Shown here one piece after another: positions 40,076 through 51,689 of a DNA stretch of 64,000 nucleotides (positions are counted from its first letter, which is position 1; each line of letters opens with the position of its first letter). The stretch is from positions 22,148-86,147 of the forward strand of contig DAGU01000023.1 of NCBI GenBank assembly GCA_002498285.1, written 5' to 3'. Origin of the DNA: Methanomassiliicoccus sp. UBA386 (lineage in GTDB: Archaea > Thermoplasmatota > Thermoplasmata > Methanomassiliicoccales > Methanomassiliicoccaceae). Under the pieces are notes generated by a model. It had not been told where the DNA came from, made no database searches, and worked only from the letters and a program-made list of their open reading frames with translations. The translations under genes were made by a program, and so were the position numbers.

Positions 40076-40108
40076 CCCATTCACGTGATTAATGCCATAG
40101 GTCTTGAC

Positions 40109-41041
40109 ATGAGCGTTAACGATGTGGCGAGCTCCATCAAGAGCATGGAGATCAGGGGAGCGGGGCTCATAGCCCGCTCCGCGGCGGAGGCCCTGAAGCA
40201 GACCGCTCAGGAGTTCCGAGGGAGCGACCTGGCGGTGTTCAGGAAGGAACTGGAGAGCGGCAAGAAGGTCCTGGTGGCGTCCCGCCCCACCGCCATATCG
40301 CTATGGAACGCCGTGCAGGCCACCCTGAGGGGGGCGCAGGAGGCGACGTCGGTGGAAGAGCTGCGCAGCATCGTGGTCGGCAACGCCGACCGGTTCGTCA
40401 AGCGCTCATCCCAAGCGGTCGAGCTTATCGGTAAGTTCGGGGCCAAGCGGCTGAAGGACGGCATGAGGGTCATGACCCACTGCAACAGCAAGGCCGCTCT
40501 CAGCGTCATCAAGACCGCTCACGCCAACGGCATGGACATCGAGGTGTACGCCACCGAATCGAGGCCGTGGAGGCAGGGCCTCCTGACCGTCAGGGACCTG
40601 AGCGCCGCCGGGGTGCCGTGCACCCTCATCATCGACTCGGCGGTGCGGTGGGCCATGAAGGACATTGACGCCGTGTTCGTAGGCGCGGACACCATATGCT
40701 CCAACGGCGCCCTCATCAACAAGGTCGGCACGTCCCAGGTGGCCATGGCCGCCAGTGATTCGCGCGTGCCGTTCATGGTATGCGCCGAGACCTACAAGTT
40801 CTCGCCCCGCACCCTGAGCGGGGAGATGGTAGAGATCGAGGAGAGGGATGCCTCCGAGGTCGTGGACCCACAGCTGCTGCCATCGGGCGTGAAGGTCAGG
40901 AACCCGGTGTTCGACGCCACGCCGCCGGAGTACATCGATTCGCTGATAACCGAGGTAGGGGTGATCCCACCCTACGCCGCTTATGAGGTCATCGTCCGGG
41001 AGTTCGGGCAGACCAGCATCTTCGAGGGAATAGAGGATTGA
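40109..41041 (+). CDS. Ribose-1,5-bisphosphate isomerase (eIF2B-like)
   Basis: MEIRGA, RPTA, THCNS, ESRP, GAD, NKVGT, NPVFDATP; upstream of rbcL. Confidence 0.93.
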   Translation: MSVNDVASSIKSMEIRGAGLIARSAAEALKQTAQEFRGSDLAVFRKELESGKKVLVASRPTAISLWNAVQATLRGAQEATSVEELRSIVVGNADRFVKRSSQAVELIGKFGAKRLKDGMRVMTHCNSKAALSVIKTAHANGMDIEVYATESRPWRQGLLTVRDLSAAGVPCTLIIDSAVRWAMKDIDAVFVGADTICSNGALINKVGTSQVAMAASDSRVPFMVCAETYKFSPRTLSGEMVEIEERDASEVVDPQLLPSGVKVRNPVFDATPPEYIDSLITEVGVIPPYAAYEVIVREFGQTSIFEGIED

Positions 41042-42282
41042 ACATGGAATATTCCAACCGCTATCTGCACCTGGGCGAGAGCATCGACCCAGATGAGCAT
41101 GTGATATGCAAGTACAAGATGAAGACCGATCTGGACCCCCGGAAGGCCGCCGTGGCCATCGCCACCGAGCAGTCCACAGGCACCTGGACCGGCATCTCCA
41201 CTCTTAACGATGACATATTGGAGAAATACGGCGCCAGGGTGACGGACATCACCGGGGACGTGGCCACCGTGGCCTTCCCGGCCGATGACTTCTCCATCGA
41301 CATCGGAGGCATACCGCAGGTGCTCAGCGTCATCGGTGGGAACCTGTTCGGCCTGGAAGCGTTGAAGGGAGTGCGGCTGGAGGACGTGTTCTTCCCCCGT
41401 TCCATATTGGATCAGTTCAAGGGGCCGAAGTTCGGCATCCAGGGGATGAGGGACATGCTGAAGCGTCCGGAGAAGCCTCTGGTCGGCACCATAGTCAAGC
41501 CGAAGATCGGCCTGCCGCCCCAGGGATACGCCGACTACATTTACGAGTCGGGCATGGGGGGGCTGACCAACGGCAAAGATGATGAGACATTGTCCAATCA
41601 GAAGTTCTGCCCCCTGGAGGACCGCGTGGTGGCGGTGGCCGAGGCCATCGACCGCGTGAAGGACGAGACCGGCCATGTGATGATGCACGCCATCAACGTA
41701 TCGACGAGCGGTCACCAGATCCTGGAGGTGGCCGACCGGGCGCAGGAGCTGGGGGCGTCGGAGCTGATGGTCGATGTCATAACCTGCGGCTTCGCCGCGG
41801 TGCAGGCGCTGGCCGAGGACCCGTCGATCAAGGTGCCCATCCACGTCCATCGGACGATGCATGGCGCCATAACGCGCAATCGGGACCATGGCATCGCCAT
41901 GGTGGTGTTCTCCAAGCTGGTGCGCATGTGCGGCGGCGATGCCCTGCACGTCGGCACCTTCGGCGTGGGGAAGATGAGCGGAGGTGCGGAGGAGGACCTT
42001 GCCAACCAGAGGGCGTGCGTCGCCACCGACGTGCCGTACAAGGCCGTCATGCCAGTATGCTCCGGCGGCATGCATCCCGCCCTCATCGAGCCACTGGTGA
42101 AGATCACCGGCCTGGACGTCCAGATACAGGCGGGCGGCGGGGTGGCCGGCCATCCCGGCGGGGTGCGCGGAGGCGCCAAGGCCATGTCCCAGGCCGTTGA
42201 CGCGGCCACGGCCGGCGTAGCCTTCAAGGATTACGCGGCCGATCACAAGGAACTCTTCGAAGCCATCAAGAAATGGGGATAA
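41038..42282 (+). CDS. rbcL: Form III ribulose-1,5-bisphosphate carboxylase
   Basis: EQSTGTW, GNLFG, KPKIG, KDDE, HRTMHG, GKM loop 6, SGG, GGG..GHP. Confidence 0.92.
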   Translation: MNMEYSNRYLHLGESIDPDEHVICKYKMKTDLDPRKAAVAIATEQSTGTWTGISTLNDDILEKYGARVTDITGDVATVAFPADDFSIDIGGIPQVLSVIGGNLFGLEALKGVRLEDVFFPRSILDQFKGPKFGIQGMRDMLKRPEKPLVGTIVKPKIGLPPQGYADYIYESGMGGLTNGKDDETLSNQKFCPLEDRVVAVAEAIDRVKDETGHVMMHAINVSTSGHQILEVADRAQELGASELMVDVITCGFAAVQALAEDPSIKVPIHVHRTMHGAITRNRDHGIAMVVFSKLVRMCGGDALHVGTFGVGKMSGGAEEDLANQRACVATDVPYKAVMPVCSGGMHPALIEPLVKITGLDVQIQAGGGVAGHPGGVRGGAKAMSQAVDAATAGVAFKDYAADHKELFEAIKKWG

Positions 42283-42284
42283 AA

Positions 42285-43850
42285 ATGCAACTGAAAGCCA
42301 AATATATCGATATGGAAACGGCCGAGTACACCTGCGTCCTGCACGTGGACGACGCCAAGGAGATGGGAGTGAGGGAGCAGGACCGCGTCAGGATCAAGCA
42401 CGAGCGCAGCGCCGTGGTGACGCTAGTCCACACCACCGATACGGTGGTGCAGCCAGGTGAAGTGGGCATATTGGGGCGCGCCTACGTCGAACTTGGGCCG
42501 GAGCCGGACGAGGTCATCGAAGTGGTGGCCACATCCCGGCCGGCCGCGGTGGATTTCATCAAGAAGAAGATGGCCGGCAAGGAGCTGTCGACGTCGGAGA
42601 TACGCACGATCGTCAACGACATTGCCGACCACAGCCTCAGCAACATCGAGCTGACCGCGTACGTCACCTCCCTGGAGATAAACGGCATGAACATCCGGGA
42701 GACCGCCGACCTCACCAGTGCCATGGTGGAGACCGGAGAGGTCATCAAGTTCGACCGCTCCCCGGTGTTCGACTTCCATTCCATCGGCGGATGTCCGGGC
42801 AATAAGATCACGTTGCTGGTCGTTCCCATCGTGGCGGCGGCCGGCCTGCTCATACCGAAGACCTCGTCCCGGGCTATCAGCTCGGCGGCCGGCACCGCGG
42901 ACATCGTGGAGGTGTTCGCCAACGTGGACCTCGACTCCAACAAGCTGCGCTCCATCGCCGAGACCACCGGCGGCGCGCTGGCATGGGGCGGCTCCATGAA
43001 CCTGGCCCCGGCGGACGACGTCATCATCCGCGTGGAGTACCCGCTGGGCATCGACCCGCACGCTCAGCTGCTCGCCTCGGTCATGAGCAAGAAGAAGGCA
43101 GTGGGAGCGGAGTTCCTGGCCATAGACATCCCGGTCGGCGAGGGCACAAAGGTGCCGACCATGGAGAAGGCCCAGGCCTTCGCCAAGGACTTCGTCGAAC
43201 TGGGAGAGCTCCTCGGCATGCACGTGGAGGTCGCCATCACCTACGGGGACCAGCCGGTGGGCCGGGCGATCGGCCCGGCGCTGGAGGCCCGGGAGGCCAT
43301 CCGCATACTTGAGGGCGACCCGCATCCCTCCAGCGTCATCGAGAAGGCCGCGGGCATGGCCGGCATCGTGCTGGAGATGGGGGGTATCCAGGGCGGCGAG
43401 CTGAGGGCGAGGGAGCTCCTGGCATCGGGGAAGGCGCTGGACAAGTTCCGCGAGATCGTGGCCGCTCAGGGCGGGAACCCCGACATCCGCTCCGAGGACA
43501 TTGTGGTGGGCGAGTTCACCTACGACGTCAAGTCCAAGATGTCCGGGTACGTAAACGCGATAAAGAACAAGCAACTGGTGAGACTGGCCCGCGCCGCGGG
43601 GGCTCCCAAGGACAAGGGGGCGGGCATCCTGCTCCACAAGAAGAAGGGCAACCGGGTGGGCGAGGGGGAGCCGCTGTTCACCATCTATGCGGACAACCGT
43701 GCCAAGCTGGAAAGGGCCATAGAATTGTCAAGGAAGATGGACCCCATCACGGTGGAGGGCATGATACTGGCCAAGCTACCGTACGTGTCCAAGAGCACCG
43801 TCATCGAAAGGTCCTTCTGTCCTGTGCCCTCAGAGCATCAGGCAGAGTGA
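42285..43850 (+). CDS. deoA: AMP phosphorylase
   Basis: HSIGGCPGNK, PKTSSRAISSAAGTAD, LAPADD, SKKKAVG, QPVGRAIGP. Confidence 0.93.
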   Translation: MQLKAKYIDMETAEYTCVLHVDDAKEMGVREQDRVRIKHERSAVVTLVHTTDTVVQPGEVGILGRAYVELGPEPDEVIEVVATSRPAAVDFIKKKMAGKELSTSEIRTIVNDIADHSLSNIELTAYVTSLEINGMNIRETADLTSAMVETGEVIKFDRSPVFDFHSIGGCPGNKITLLVVPIVAAAGLLIPKTSSRAISSAAGTADIVEVFANVDLDSNKLRSIAETTGGALAWGGSMNLAPADDVIIRVEYPLGIDPHAQLLASVMSKKKAVGAEFLAIDIPVGEGTKVPTMEKAQAFAKDFVELGELLGMHVEVAITYGDQPVGRAIGPALEAREAIRILEGDPHPSSVIEKAAGMAGIVLEMGGIQGGELRARELLASGKALDKFREIVAAQGGNPDIRSEDIVVGEFTYDVKSKMSGYVNAIKNKQLVRLARAAGAPKDKGAGILLHKKKGNRVGEGEPLFTIYADNRAKLERAIELSRKMDPITVEGMILAKLPYVSKSTVIERSFCPVPSEHQAE

Positions 43851-44547
43851 GGTCCCCGCGGGCCACCGCCTCCGCCAGATCGGCGGAGATGGTGATCCGC
43901 CCCCCGCTCTCGATGCGGCTCTGCCTCTGGATGTCCCTGACCTCTCCGGCGGTAGGCTCGACCTTGGGCGGGAAGGGGAGCCGGCGGCCGGCCGACAGCG
44001 CTATCGTGACCGCGGCGTCGGCGTCCGGCTCCTCTGTACGGCGGGTGGTGCCCCGCTCGTCAACAACCTCGACGTCGTCGACCACGTTCCATATGGAGCG
44101 TATGACCCGGTCGCGGTTGGTCGGATCGCCATGGCCCACCCTGGCCAGCAGGCGGTCGTGGGTGACGCCCCGACTGAACCGCACCACCTCGTCGGCCACC
44201 GCCTCGGGCGAGCCGACCGTCTCGGCGAACAGCACTCTGCCGTCGCCGATGATGGCCAGCCCCGGCCTCCTGCCCGGATCGATGCCAACCACCATGGTGT
44301 CGAACCTCTCCCGACCTTTCAGCCGGCCGTGCGCCAGCTTGTATGCCATGGCAGGCGAGTTCTCGGCCACCACCCGGTGGAACTTGACCTTCTGCCTCTC
44401 CTCCCGCGTGGTGACGATTACTCCGACATTGATGGGGATGTCTTCGTTGAAGTCCAATGCCACGAACGGCTCATGATGGTCCTTTAGCATCTGCACGAGC
44501 TCATAGAAGAAGCGAAAATTGGCGGTCATGATGCCGATGACCTTCAT
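43801..44547 (-). CDS. Hypothetical protein with RNase H-like (VGIDPG) domain
   Basis: VVGIDPGRRPGLA, RVGHG, VDERGTT; overlaps the deoA 3' end convergently. Confidence 0.75.
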   Translation of the reverse strand: MKVIGIMTANFRFFYELVQMLKDHHEPFVALDFNEDIPINVGVIVTTREERQKVKFHRVVAENSPAMAYKLAHGRLKGRERFDTMVVGIDPGRRPGLAIIGDGRVLFAETVGSPEAVADEVVRFSRGVTHDRLLARVGHGDPTNRDRVIRSIWNVVDDVEVVDERGTTRRTEEPDADAAVTIALSAGRRLPFPPKVEPTAGEVRDIQRQSRIESGGRITISADLAEAVARGDLTLPDALRAQDRRTFR

Positions 44548-44907
44548 TCAATATTGGATGAGGTGCGGAGGGTTTAACACTTTTCGTGAAAGGGCCGGTC
44601 GCATGGGCCACCCAGCAGTTCGGCTCAGGGATTCTTCTGTGCTTATCAAGCCATTGATGCGGGCCGGCCATCGAAAGCTTATGTTTAACGGCTTTCTTGC
44701 CTGAACGTGAGGACGCGGCCAAAGGCCGAATGAACGCGGAAACCGGACATCACATGGACCTTGATGAAGAACTCCGCGCGTTCCGCCGATCATCGTCATG
44801 GAACCGGCGTCCGTAAGGGTTTCCGGACGCCTTCTGGGATCGCTCCACATCTCAGGTCCTGCTTGCATCCTAACGGGCGTTCAGCATCTACGGCTAAACG
44901 GCCCTCC

Positions 44908-46167
44908 TCATGGGGCGAGCGGATCGGCGTGGAGAGCTTGGCTGCCGTCCACCAGGTCCACCTCGCGGGGGATTATCCTGCTCAGCCATATGAAGCCGGC
45001 CGCGCTGAGGATGGAGATGGCGGCTATGGAGCCCCACAGCACCATCGGGACGGAGACCAGCGAATCGTACAGGAGGCCGCCCACCAGGGGGCCGACCGAC
45101 CACCCGAAGGTCTGGAAGATGCCTGACACCCCCATGTAGCGGCCCCGTTCGTTCTCGGGGCTGATGTTTGCCACCAGGTTGATGCTTGGCGGGGACGTCG
45201 CGTTCTCTCCCAGAGTGGTGATGAACATCGACACCGCCAGGACCCAGATGTCCGAGGCCCACCCCACGATGAGATATCCGGCGGCGTACATCACCGCCCC
45301 GGCGGCCAGGACGTACGTCATCCTGAACCGGTTGACGTAGCGGGCCATGGGAAGCTGCAGGAAGACCACCATGGCGCCGTTGAGCGCATAGAGGTAGCCG
45401 ACCTCCACGACCGAGATCCCCACCACGTCCTCGGAGAACAGCGCGAATGTGGAGGTCATCTGCCCCAGGACGATGAACAGCGGGATGGTCGCCAGGCACA
45501 GCAGCAGGAAGGCGCGGTTCTCCCCTATCTTCAGCAGATCGCGTGGACGGAAGCGGTCCGTCTGCGCCACCGTGCGGCGGGGGTCCAGCACCCAGGCGTA
45601 TATGATGAGGGCCACGATGGCGCTGGTGAGGGAGGTGAACACGAACAGCGAGGCATACGAGAACATTGCTAGTATGCCCCCCAGCAGCGGCCCAAGCGTC
45701 CATCCGACGTTCTGCCCCACCCTCAGAATGCTGTATGCCTCCAGCCGGCGCCCGGGAGGGACCAGGTCAGCCACCATGGCATTGGTGGCCGGCTCGAACA
45801 GGGAGCCGGCCAGCGAGGACACCATGAGCAGCAGCGAGATGACCCGCAGGTCGACCAGGTTGGCTATTGCAATGGAGAGCAGCAGGAACACCGCGGCGCG
45901 CATGGCCATGGAGACCCACATGACCGGCCGGCGGCCCAGCCGGTCGGCCAGCTCCCCTCCGATGATCTGCCCCACCGCCCCGGACAGCGCGGTGCCCAGG
46001 AAGATCGTGCCCACGACGGTCATGGGCACTCCCATCTCCGTGTATAGGAAGATGGTGAGGAAAGGCATGACTATGGAGAAGCCGGTGGCCGCGATCACAC
46101 GGCCGCCGAAGAGTATCCACAGTCGGCGGTCGAGGCCCTGCAGCGACCGCGAGAAACGATGAGGCAT
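44908..46167 (-). CDS. MFS transporter
   Basis: About 12 TM segments, GELADRLGRR motif A. Confidence 0.92.
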   Translation of the reverse strand: MPHRFSRSLQGLDRRLWILFGGRVIAATGFSIVMPFLTIFLYTEMGVPMTVVGTIFLGTALSGAVGQIIGGELADRLGRRPVMWVSMAMRAAVFLLLSIAIANLVDLRVISLLLMVSSLAGSLFEPATNAMVADLVPPGRRLEAYSILRVGQNVGWTLGPLLGGILAMFSYASLFVFTSLTSAIVALIIYAWVLDPRRTVAQTDRFRPRDLLKIGENRAFLLLCLATIPLFIVLGQMTSTFALFSEDVVGISVVEVGYLYALNGAMVVFLQLPMARYVNRFRMTYVLAAGAVMYAAGYLIVGWASDIWVLAVSMFITTLGENATSPPSINLVANISPENERGRYMGVSGIFQTFGWSVGPLVGGLLYDSLVSVPMVLWGSIAAISILSAAGFIWLSRIIPREVDLVDGSQALHADPLAP

Positions 46168-46210
46168 GAGAAAGGAGCTATCAGGGGCTACTTCAGCCTT
46201 TCTGAAGGCC

Positions 46211-47341
46211 TCATCGCTTCTTCTTCAGCTTGGAGAAAGGGCGGTTGGCCTGCTGACCCTCGATCTCGGCAAGGCGCTTCAGCAGGTTCTTCTGCTCATT
46301 GTTGAGCCGGTCCGGCACCTTCAGCTTCAGGCGCACGTACAGATCGCCGCGCAGATCGCCACGGACCGGCATGCCGCGGCCCTTTAGTCGGAAGACCGCG
46401 TCGGGCTGGGTCGCCGGGGGCACCTTGACCTTGGCGGTGCCGTCCAGAGAGTTGATCTCGATCTCTCCGCCCAGCGCCGCTGTGGGGTAGCTCATCTCGG
46501 CCTCCATCAGCAGGTCGGCGCCGTCGCGCCGGAACAAGGGATGGTCCCGGACGTGTATGACCACGTACAGGTCCCCAGGAGGCGTTCCCGGAGATCCGAT
46601 CTCACCCGCCCCGGCGATGCGCAGGCGGGAGCCGGTGTCCACCCCCTTGGGTATCTCAAGGTCGATATGCGAAGTGCGCTGATTGACCCCCCGGCCATCG
46701 CACTCGGTGCAGGAAGTGCCTGGAGCCCTCCCCTCGCCGCGGCAGCGGGGGCATTGGCCCACCGACACGAACTGCGCAAAGCCTCGGGACTGCATCCGGC
46801 GCGTCTGCCCGGAACCGCCGCAGTCGGGGCAGGCCACGACCTTGCCCTCCTTTGCCCCCGTGCCCTGGCAGGCGTCGCAGCGCTCGAACTTGGGCACGGT
46901 GATCCTCTTCTTGATGCCGCTGAACGCTTCCTCCAGAGTTATCTCGACGTCCATCCGCATGTCGCGGCCGCCGGTGCGCTGTTGCTGCCGGGCGCCGCCG
47001 CCGAAGAACATGTCGAAGATGCTCCCCAGGCCGCCCAGGTCGCCGAAGATGTCGCGGATGTCCCCGTAGTGGGAGAAGTCGCTCCAGTTGAAGTTTCCGT
47101 CCTGGAACTGCGAGCTCACGCCGGCGTGGCCGTATTGGTCGTACAGGCCACGCTTCTTCTCGTCGGCTAGGACCTCGTACGCTTCCGAGATCTCCTTGAA
47201 CCGCTCCTCCGCCACCTTGGGGTCTTCCTTGCTTACGTCCGGATGGTACTGGCGGGCCAGCTTGCGGTAGGATTTCTTGATCTCGTCGGCCGTGGCGCCG
47301 CGCTCGACCCCCAGGACCTCATAGTAGTCTCGCTTCTCCAT
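46211..47341 (-). CDS. dnaJ: Chaperone DnaJ
   Basis: J domain HPD, G/F region, four CxxCxGxG. Confidence 0.97.
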   Translation of the reverse strand: MEKRDYYEVLGVERGATADEIKKSYRKLARQYHPDVSKEDPKVAEERFKEISEAYEVLADEKKRGLYDQYGHAGVSSQFQDGNFNWSDFSHYGDIRDIFGDLGGLGSIFDMFFGGGARQQQRTGGRDMRMDVEITLEEAFSGIKKRITVPKFERCDACQGTGAKEGKVVACPDCGGSGQTRRMQSRGFAQFVSVGQCPRCRGEGRAPGTSCTECDGRGVNQRTSHIDLEIPKGVDTGSRLRIAGAGEIGSPGTPPGDLYVVIHVRDHPLFRRDGADLLMEAEMSYPTAALGGEIEINSLDGTAKVKVPPATQPDAVFRLKGRGMPVRGDLRGDLYVRLKLKVPDRLNNEQKNLLKRLAEIEGQQANRPFSKLKKKR

Positions 47342-47351
47342 CGGCGTTCCT

Positions 47352-49214
47352 TCAGTCCACTATGTGATAGTCGGCGTCAGTGAAGTCGCCCTTTCCCTTC
47401 GTATCGTCCTGGGAGTGGGAAGGGCCGGCACCAGCGGGCTGCTCGTCCTGCGGGGGCTGCTGGGCCGCCGCCTCCTGGTAGATGCGAGTGGACACCGCGG
47501 TCAGCTCCTTGGTGAGGGCGTCCACCTTGGCCTTGATGGCCTCGATGTCGTCCGCTCCCATGGCCTCGCGCAGCTCATCAGCAGCCTTGTTGATCTTCTC
47601 CTTCTCCTCGGCGGAGACCTTGTCGCCCAGGTCCTCCAGCGTCTTGGAGGAGGTGTACAGCAGAGTGTCGGCCTGATTCAGCAGCTCGACCTTCTCCCGC
47701 TTCTTCTTGTCCTCCTCGGCGAACTGTTCGGCCTGCTGGACCATCTTGTCGATCTCTTCCTGGGACAGCTTGGTGGAGGCGCTGATGGTGATCTTCGTCT
47801 CCTTCCCGGTGCCCAGGTCCTTGGCCGAGACGTTGATGATGCCGTTGGCGTCGATGTCGAAGGTGACCTCGATCTTGGGGACGCCCCTAGGGGCGGGTGG
47901 GATGCCAGTGAGCTGGAAGCGGCCGAGAGAGGTGTTGTCGGCCGCCATCTCCCTTTCTCCCTGAACCACGTGGACCTCCACGCTGTCCTGGTAGTCAGCA
48001 GCGGTGGAGAACACCTGGCTCTTGCGGGTCGGGATGGTGGTGTTGCGCTCGATGAGCCTGGTGGCCACCCCTCCCAGCGTCTCGATGCTCAGAGAGAGGG
48101 GCGTCACGTCCAGGAGGAGGATGTCCTTGACCTCGCCGGCCAGGACGGCACCCTGGATGGCCGCTCCCATGGACACGCACTCCATCGGGTCGATGCCGCG
48201 CTGGACCTTCCTGCCCACGACCGTCTCCACGAACCGCTGGATGATGGGCATGCGGGTCGGACCGCCCACCAGGATGATGTTGTCCACCTGGTCCGGCGAT
48301 AGGCCAGCATCCTTCAGGGCGGTCATGATGGGGGTCCGGCAACGTTCCACGGTGGGGTTGACCAGCTCCTCCAGCTTGGCCCGGGTGATGGACATGGCGA
48401 GGTGCTTCGGCCCGCTCTGGTCCGCAGTGATGAACGGGAGGTTGATCTCGGTGTTCATGGTGGAGGACAGTTCGATCTTGGCCTTCTCGCACGCCTCCTG
48501 AACACGCCACATGGCCATCTTGTCCTTGGTCAGGTCGATGCCGGTGTCCTTCTGGAACTGGCCCACGGCGTGGTCGACGAGGGCCTGGTCCATGTCGGTG
48601 CCGCCCAGCTGGGTGTCCCCAGAGGTGGCCAGCACCTCGAACACTCCGTCGGAGTAGTCCATGATGGTGACGTCCAGGGTTCCTCCTCCCAGATCGAACA
48701 CCATGATCTTCTGGTCCTTGCCCTGATTGTCCAGGCCATAGGCTAGCGCCGCCGACGTGGGCTCGTTGATGATCCTGACGACCTCCAGGCCGGCGATGGT
48801 GCCGGCATCCTTGGTGGCCTGCCGCTGATTGTCGTTGAAGTACGCGGGGACGGTGATGACCGCCCTGTCCACGGTCTCGCCCAGGAACGCCTCGGCATCC
48901 CGCTTGATCTTCTGGAGGATGAAGGCGGACACCTGCTGGGGAGTGTACTCCTTCCCGTGAACGTTGAACTTGTGGTCGGTGCCCATCTTGCGCTTGGCCT
49001 TGGCGATGGTGCCTTCCGGATTGGTGACGGCCTGGCGCCTCGCCGGCTCCCCCACCAGCAGCTCGCCGTCCTTGGTGATGGCCACATATGACGGGAACGC
49101 CTTCCCGCCCACGCTGGTCCCTTCCGCACTGGGGATGACAGTCGGTCGCCCTCCTTCCATGACCGCAGCCGCGGAGTTGCTTGTACCCAGGTCTATTCCG
49201 ATGATCTTAGCCAT
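47352..49214 (-). CDS. dnaK: Chaperone DnaK
   Basis: [31 protein letters not shown]; start ATG 49214. Confidence 0.98.
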   Translation of the reverse strand: MAKIIGIDLGTSNSAAAVMEGGRPTVIPSAEGTSVGGKAFPSYVAITKDGELLVGEPARRQAVTNPEGTIAKAKRKMGTDHKFNVHGKEYTPQQVSAFILQKIKRDAEAFLGETVDRAVITVPAYFNDNQRQATKDAGTIAGLEVVRIINEPTSAALAYGLDNQGKDQKIMVFDLGGGTLDVTIMDYSDGVFEVLATSGDTQLGGTDMDQALVDHAVGQFQKDTGIDLTKDKMAMWRVQEACEKAKIELSSTMNTEINLPFITADQSGPKHLAMSITRAKLEELVNPTVERCRTPIMTALKDAGLSPDQVDNIILVGGPTRMPIIQRFVETVVGRKVQRGIDPMECVSMGAAIQGAVLAGEVKDILLLDVTPLSLSIETLGGVATRLIERNTTIPTRKSQVFSTAADYQDSVEVHVVQGEREMAADNTSLGRFQLTGIPPAPRGVPKIEVTFDIDANGIINVSAKDLGTGKETKITISASTKLSQEEIDKMVQQAEQFAEEDKKKREKVELLNQADTLLYTSSKTLEDLGDKVSAEEKEKINKAADELREAMGADDIEAIKAKVDALTKELTAVSTRIYQEAAAQQPPQDEQPAGAGPSHSQDDTKGKGDFTDADYHIVD

Positions 49215-49219
49215 TGTAA

Positions 49220-49774
49220 TCACTCGCTCCTTGCTACCTTTACTTTGGACGTCCTCAGCACCTTGTTGCCGAGGAAGTACCCCGTCTGATACACCTCGAG
49301 GATGCAGCCGTCCTCCCCCTCTCCAGTGGCCAGAGCCTCCTGGCATGAGGGGTCGAACTTGCCGTCCGTGGGTATCTCTCGAATGCCGTTCTCCTCGAGG
49401 AGAGCGGCCATGTTAGTGTGAATCTTGGAAACGCCTTCCCGCAGCTCGTCGGCCTCGCATTTGGCCTCCAATGCCCGCTGCAGATCGTCATATATGATGA
49501 GGATGTCGCAGAGCAGCCGTTCATTGGCGCAGCTGATTATTTGCTCCTTCTCCTTGGCCACCCTCTTCTTGTAGTTCTCGAACTCTGCCTGCACTCGGCG
49601 GGCGGTATCGAGATAGTCATTGGCCAGGGCAGTCTGCCTGGTCAGCTCTTCCTTCACCGATTCCAACTGTGCCTTCAGCGATTCGCTGTCGGAGAGCTCG
49701 GTGGCCTCTCCGCTCTCTGAACTCCTCTCTTCCTTATCCATCTTGGCACCTTTGTCCGTGGTGGAACCTGTCAT
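49220..49774 (-). CDS. grpE: Nucleotide exchange factor GrpE
   Basis: [20 protein letters not shown]...VLR. Confidence 0.95.
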   Translation of the reverse strand: MTGSTTDKGAKMDKEERSSESGEATELSDSESLKAQLESVKEELTRQTALANDYLDTARRVQAEFENYKKRVAKEKEQIISCANERLLCDILIIYDDLQRALEAKCEADELREGVSKIHTNMAALLEENGIREIPTDGKFDPSCQEALATGEGEDGCILEVYQTGYFLGNKVLRTSKVKVARSE

Positions 49775-49818
49775 TTTAGAAATGGTAAGAGGTTTGAGGG
49801 GGCGGACCCCCGTTATGC

Positions 49819-51447
49819 TCAGTCGTCCATGTCCATATCGGGCGCGCCGGCTCCGGGGCCGCCGCCCGGACCAGCCCGGGCCGCGATGACGTCGTCGATG
49901 CGGAGGATCATGACCGCCGCGTCGGTCGCAGAGTTGATGGCCTGGCGGCCGACCCTGATCGGCTCCACGACGTTCTCGGCCTTCATGTCGACGATCTTGC
50001 CGGTGTAGACGTTCAGACCGGCGTTGATCTTGCCGTCCTTGTGGGCCTTCCTCAGGTTGATGAGGACGTCGATGGGGTCCAGACCAGCGTTCTCGGCCAG
50101 AGCGGTGGGGATGATCTCCATGGCGCTGGCGTAGGCATCGATGGCGATCTGCTCGCGGCCGCCCACGGTGGCGGCGTACTCGCGAAGGCGGAGGGCGATC
50201 TCGGAAGCGGTCGAACCGCCGCCGGTGGCCATCCTGCCGTCCTCGATGGCGACAGCCACGACGGACATGGCATCGTCCAGGGAGCGCTCCACCTCGTCGA
50301 TGACGTGCTCGGTGCCTCCCCTCAGCAGGAGAGAGACGGCCTTCGCGTTCTTGCAGCCAGTGATGAAGGTGAGCTCATCCTCTCCGAGCTTGCGGACCTC
50401 TAGCATGCTGGCGGTGCCCAGCTCATCAGCGGTCAGCTCCTCGATCTTGGTCACCACGGTGGCACCGGTGGCCTTGGCGAGCTTCATCATGTCGGACTTC
50501 TTGACGCGGCGGACCGCGAAGATGCCCTCCTTGCCAAGGAAGTGCTGGGCCAGGTCGTCGATGCCCTTCTGCACGAACACCACGTTGGCGCCAGAGGCCT
50601 TTATGGTCTCGACCATCTTGCGCAGCATGTTCTCCTCCTCGGCCAGGAAGGCGGCCATCTGGGAGGGGTCGGTGATCTCGATCTTGGCGTCGATCTCGGT
50701 CTTCTGGACCTCGATGGCCGCATCGAGCAAGGCGATCTTGGCGTTCTCCACCTTCTTGGGCATGGCCGGGTGCACGGGCTCCTTGTCGATGATGACGCCC
50801 TTGATGAACTCGGTGTCGTCCATGGAGCCTCCGGTCTTCTTGACGATCTGGATGTTGTCCATGTCGACCTCCCACTTGTCCCCGCTCTTCTCGGCGACAG
50901 CGGTGATGGCATCCACGGTCAGATCGGCGAGCCCCTGGCGGGAGCCGCTGACGGACTTGGAGATCATGGAAGTGCTGGCGATGAGCTTGAGGGACTCCTT
51001 GTCGTCGATGCTCACGGGATCGGACACCGAGTCCAGAACCTCCTGGGCCTTGGCGGCAGCGAGCCTGTAGCCGCCGGCGATGATGGTGGGGTGGATGTTG
51101 GACTCGATGAGATCGATGGCCTTCTTCAACAGCTCCCCGGCCAGGATGACCGCGCTGGTGGTCCCGTCCCCGGCCTGCTCGTCCTGCGTCTTGGCGACCT
51201 CCACCAGCATCTTGGCGGCGGGGTGGTCGACGTCGATCTCCTTCAGGATGGTGACTCCATCGTTGGTGATGACGACATCTCCGAGGGAGTCTACCAGCAT
51301 CTTGTCCATTCCGCGGGGTCCGAGGGTGCTGCGGACCGCGTCAGCGATGGCCTTGGCGGCCTGGATGTTATTGTACTGCGCGTCCTTGCCCTTATCCCGC
51401 TTGGTGCCTTCCTTCAGGATGAGTATAGGTGTATTTCCCATTCCCAT
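49819..51447 (-). CDS. Thermosome (group II chaperonin) subunit
   Basis: LGPRGMDKM, TNDG, GDGTTS, LLRGGT, ILRIDDVI. Confidence 0.97.
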   Translation of the reverse strand: MGMGNTPILILKEGTKRDKGKDAQYNNIQAAKAIADAVRSTLGPRGMDKMLVDSLGDVVITNDGVTILKEIDVDHPAAKMLVEVAKTQDEQAGDGTTSAVILAGELLKKAIDLIESNIHPTIIAGGYRLAAAKAQEVLDSVSDPVSIDDKESLKLIASTSMISKSVSGSRQGLADLTVDAITAVAEKSGDKWEVDMDNIQIVKKTGGSMDDTEFIKGVIIDKEPVHPAMPKKVENAKIALLDAAIEVQKTEIDAKIEITDPSQMAAFLAEEENMLRKMVETIKASGANVVFVQKGIDDLAQHFLGKEGIFAVRRVKKSDMMKLAKATGATVVTKIEELTADELGTASMLEVRKLGEDELTFITGCKNAKAVSLLLRGGTEHVIDEVERSLDDAMSVVAVAIEDGRMATGGGSTASEIALRLREYAATVGGREQIAIDAYASAMEIIPTALAENAGLDPIDVLINLRKAHKDGKINAGLNVYTGKIVDMKAENVVEPIRVGRQAINSATDAAVMILRIDDVIAARAGPGGGPGAGAPDMDMDD

Positions 51448-51520
51448 GTATTTACCTCCAATGTCAAATCGTATCCAGCTAGTGTCTTATCTAGCTAAGC
51501 TTCCGTTGAATGTTTGTTCT

Positions 51521-51532
51521 TCTATATAAGTT
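51521..51532 (-). promoter_or_regulatory. Putative TATA box of the thermosome-grpE-dnaK-dnaJ operon
   Basis: AAACTTATATAG on the minus strand upstream of the GGAGGT RBS. Confidence 0.5.
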
Positions 51533-51689
51533 TAGTGAACGCGTACCCTCTCCCAGGAATTCCCGTGTTGGAGAATGAAGAGACTGGCCGCTCTAGAGCC
51601 CAATGATGAATGACCGGATCCCGCCGTGATGCTGGGCCTAGCGGCATGAGGGAGATTAAAATATTGAAAGGGGCGTTGGGAGGAGTGAC

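Noticed and set aside
44600-44900. Hairpin GGCGTCCG/CGGACGCC and short ORF MDLDEELRAFRRSSSWNRRP
   Set aside because: Single hairpin downstream of the MFS gene with no RNase P or SRP consensus; ORF has no independent support
51600-51652. C/D box sRNA (AATGATGA ... GTGATGC ... ATGA)
   Set aside because: No proper CTGA D/D' boxes
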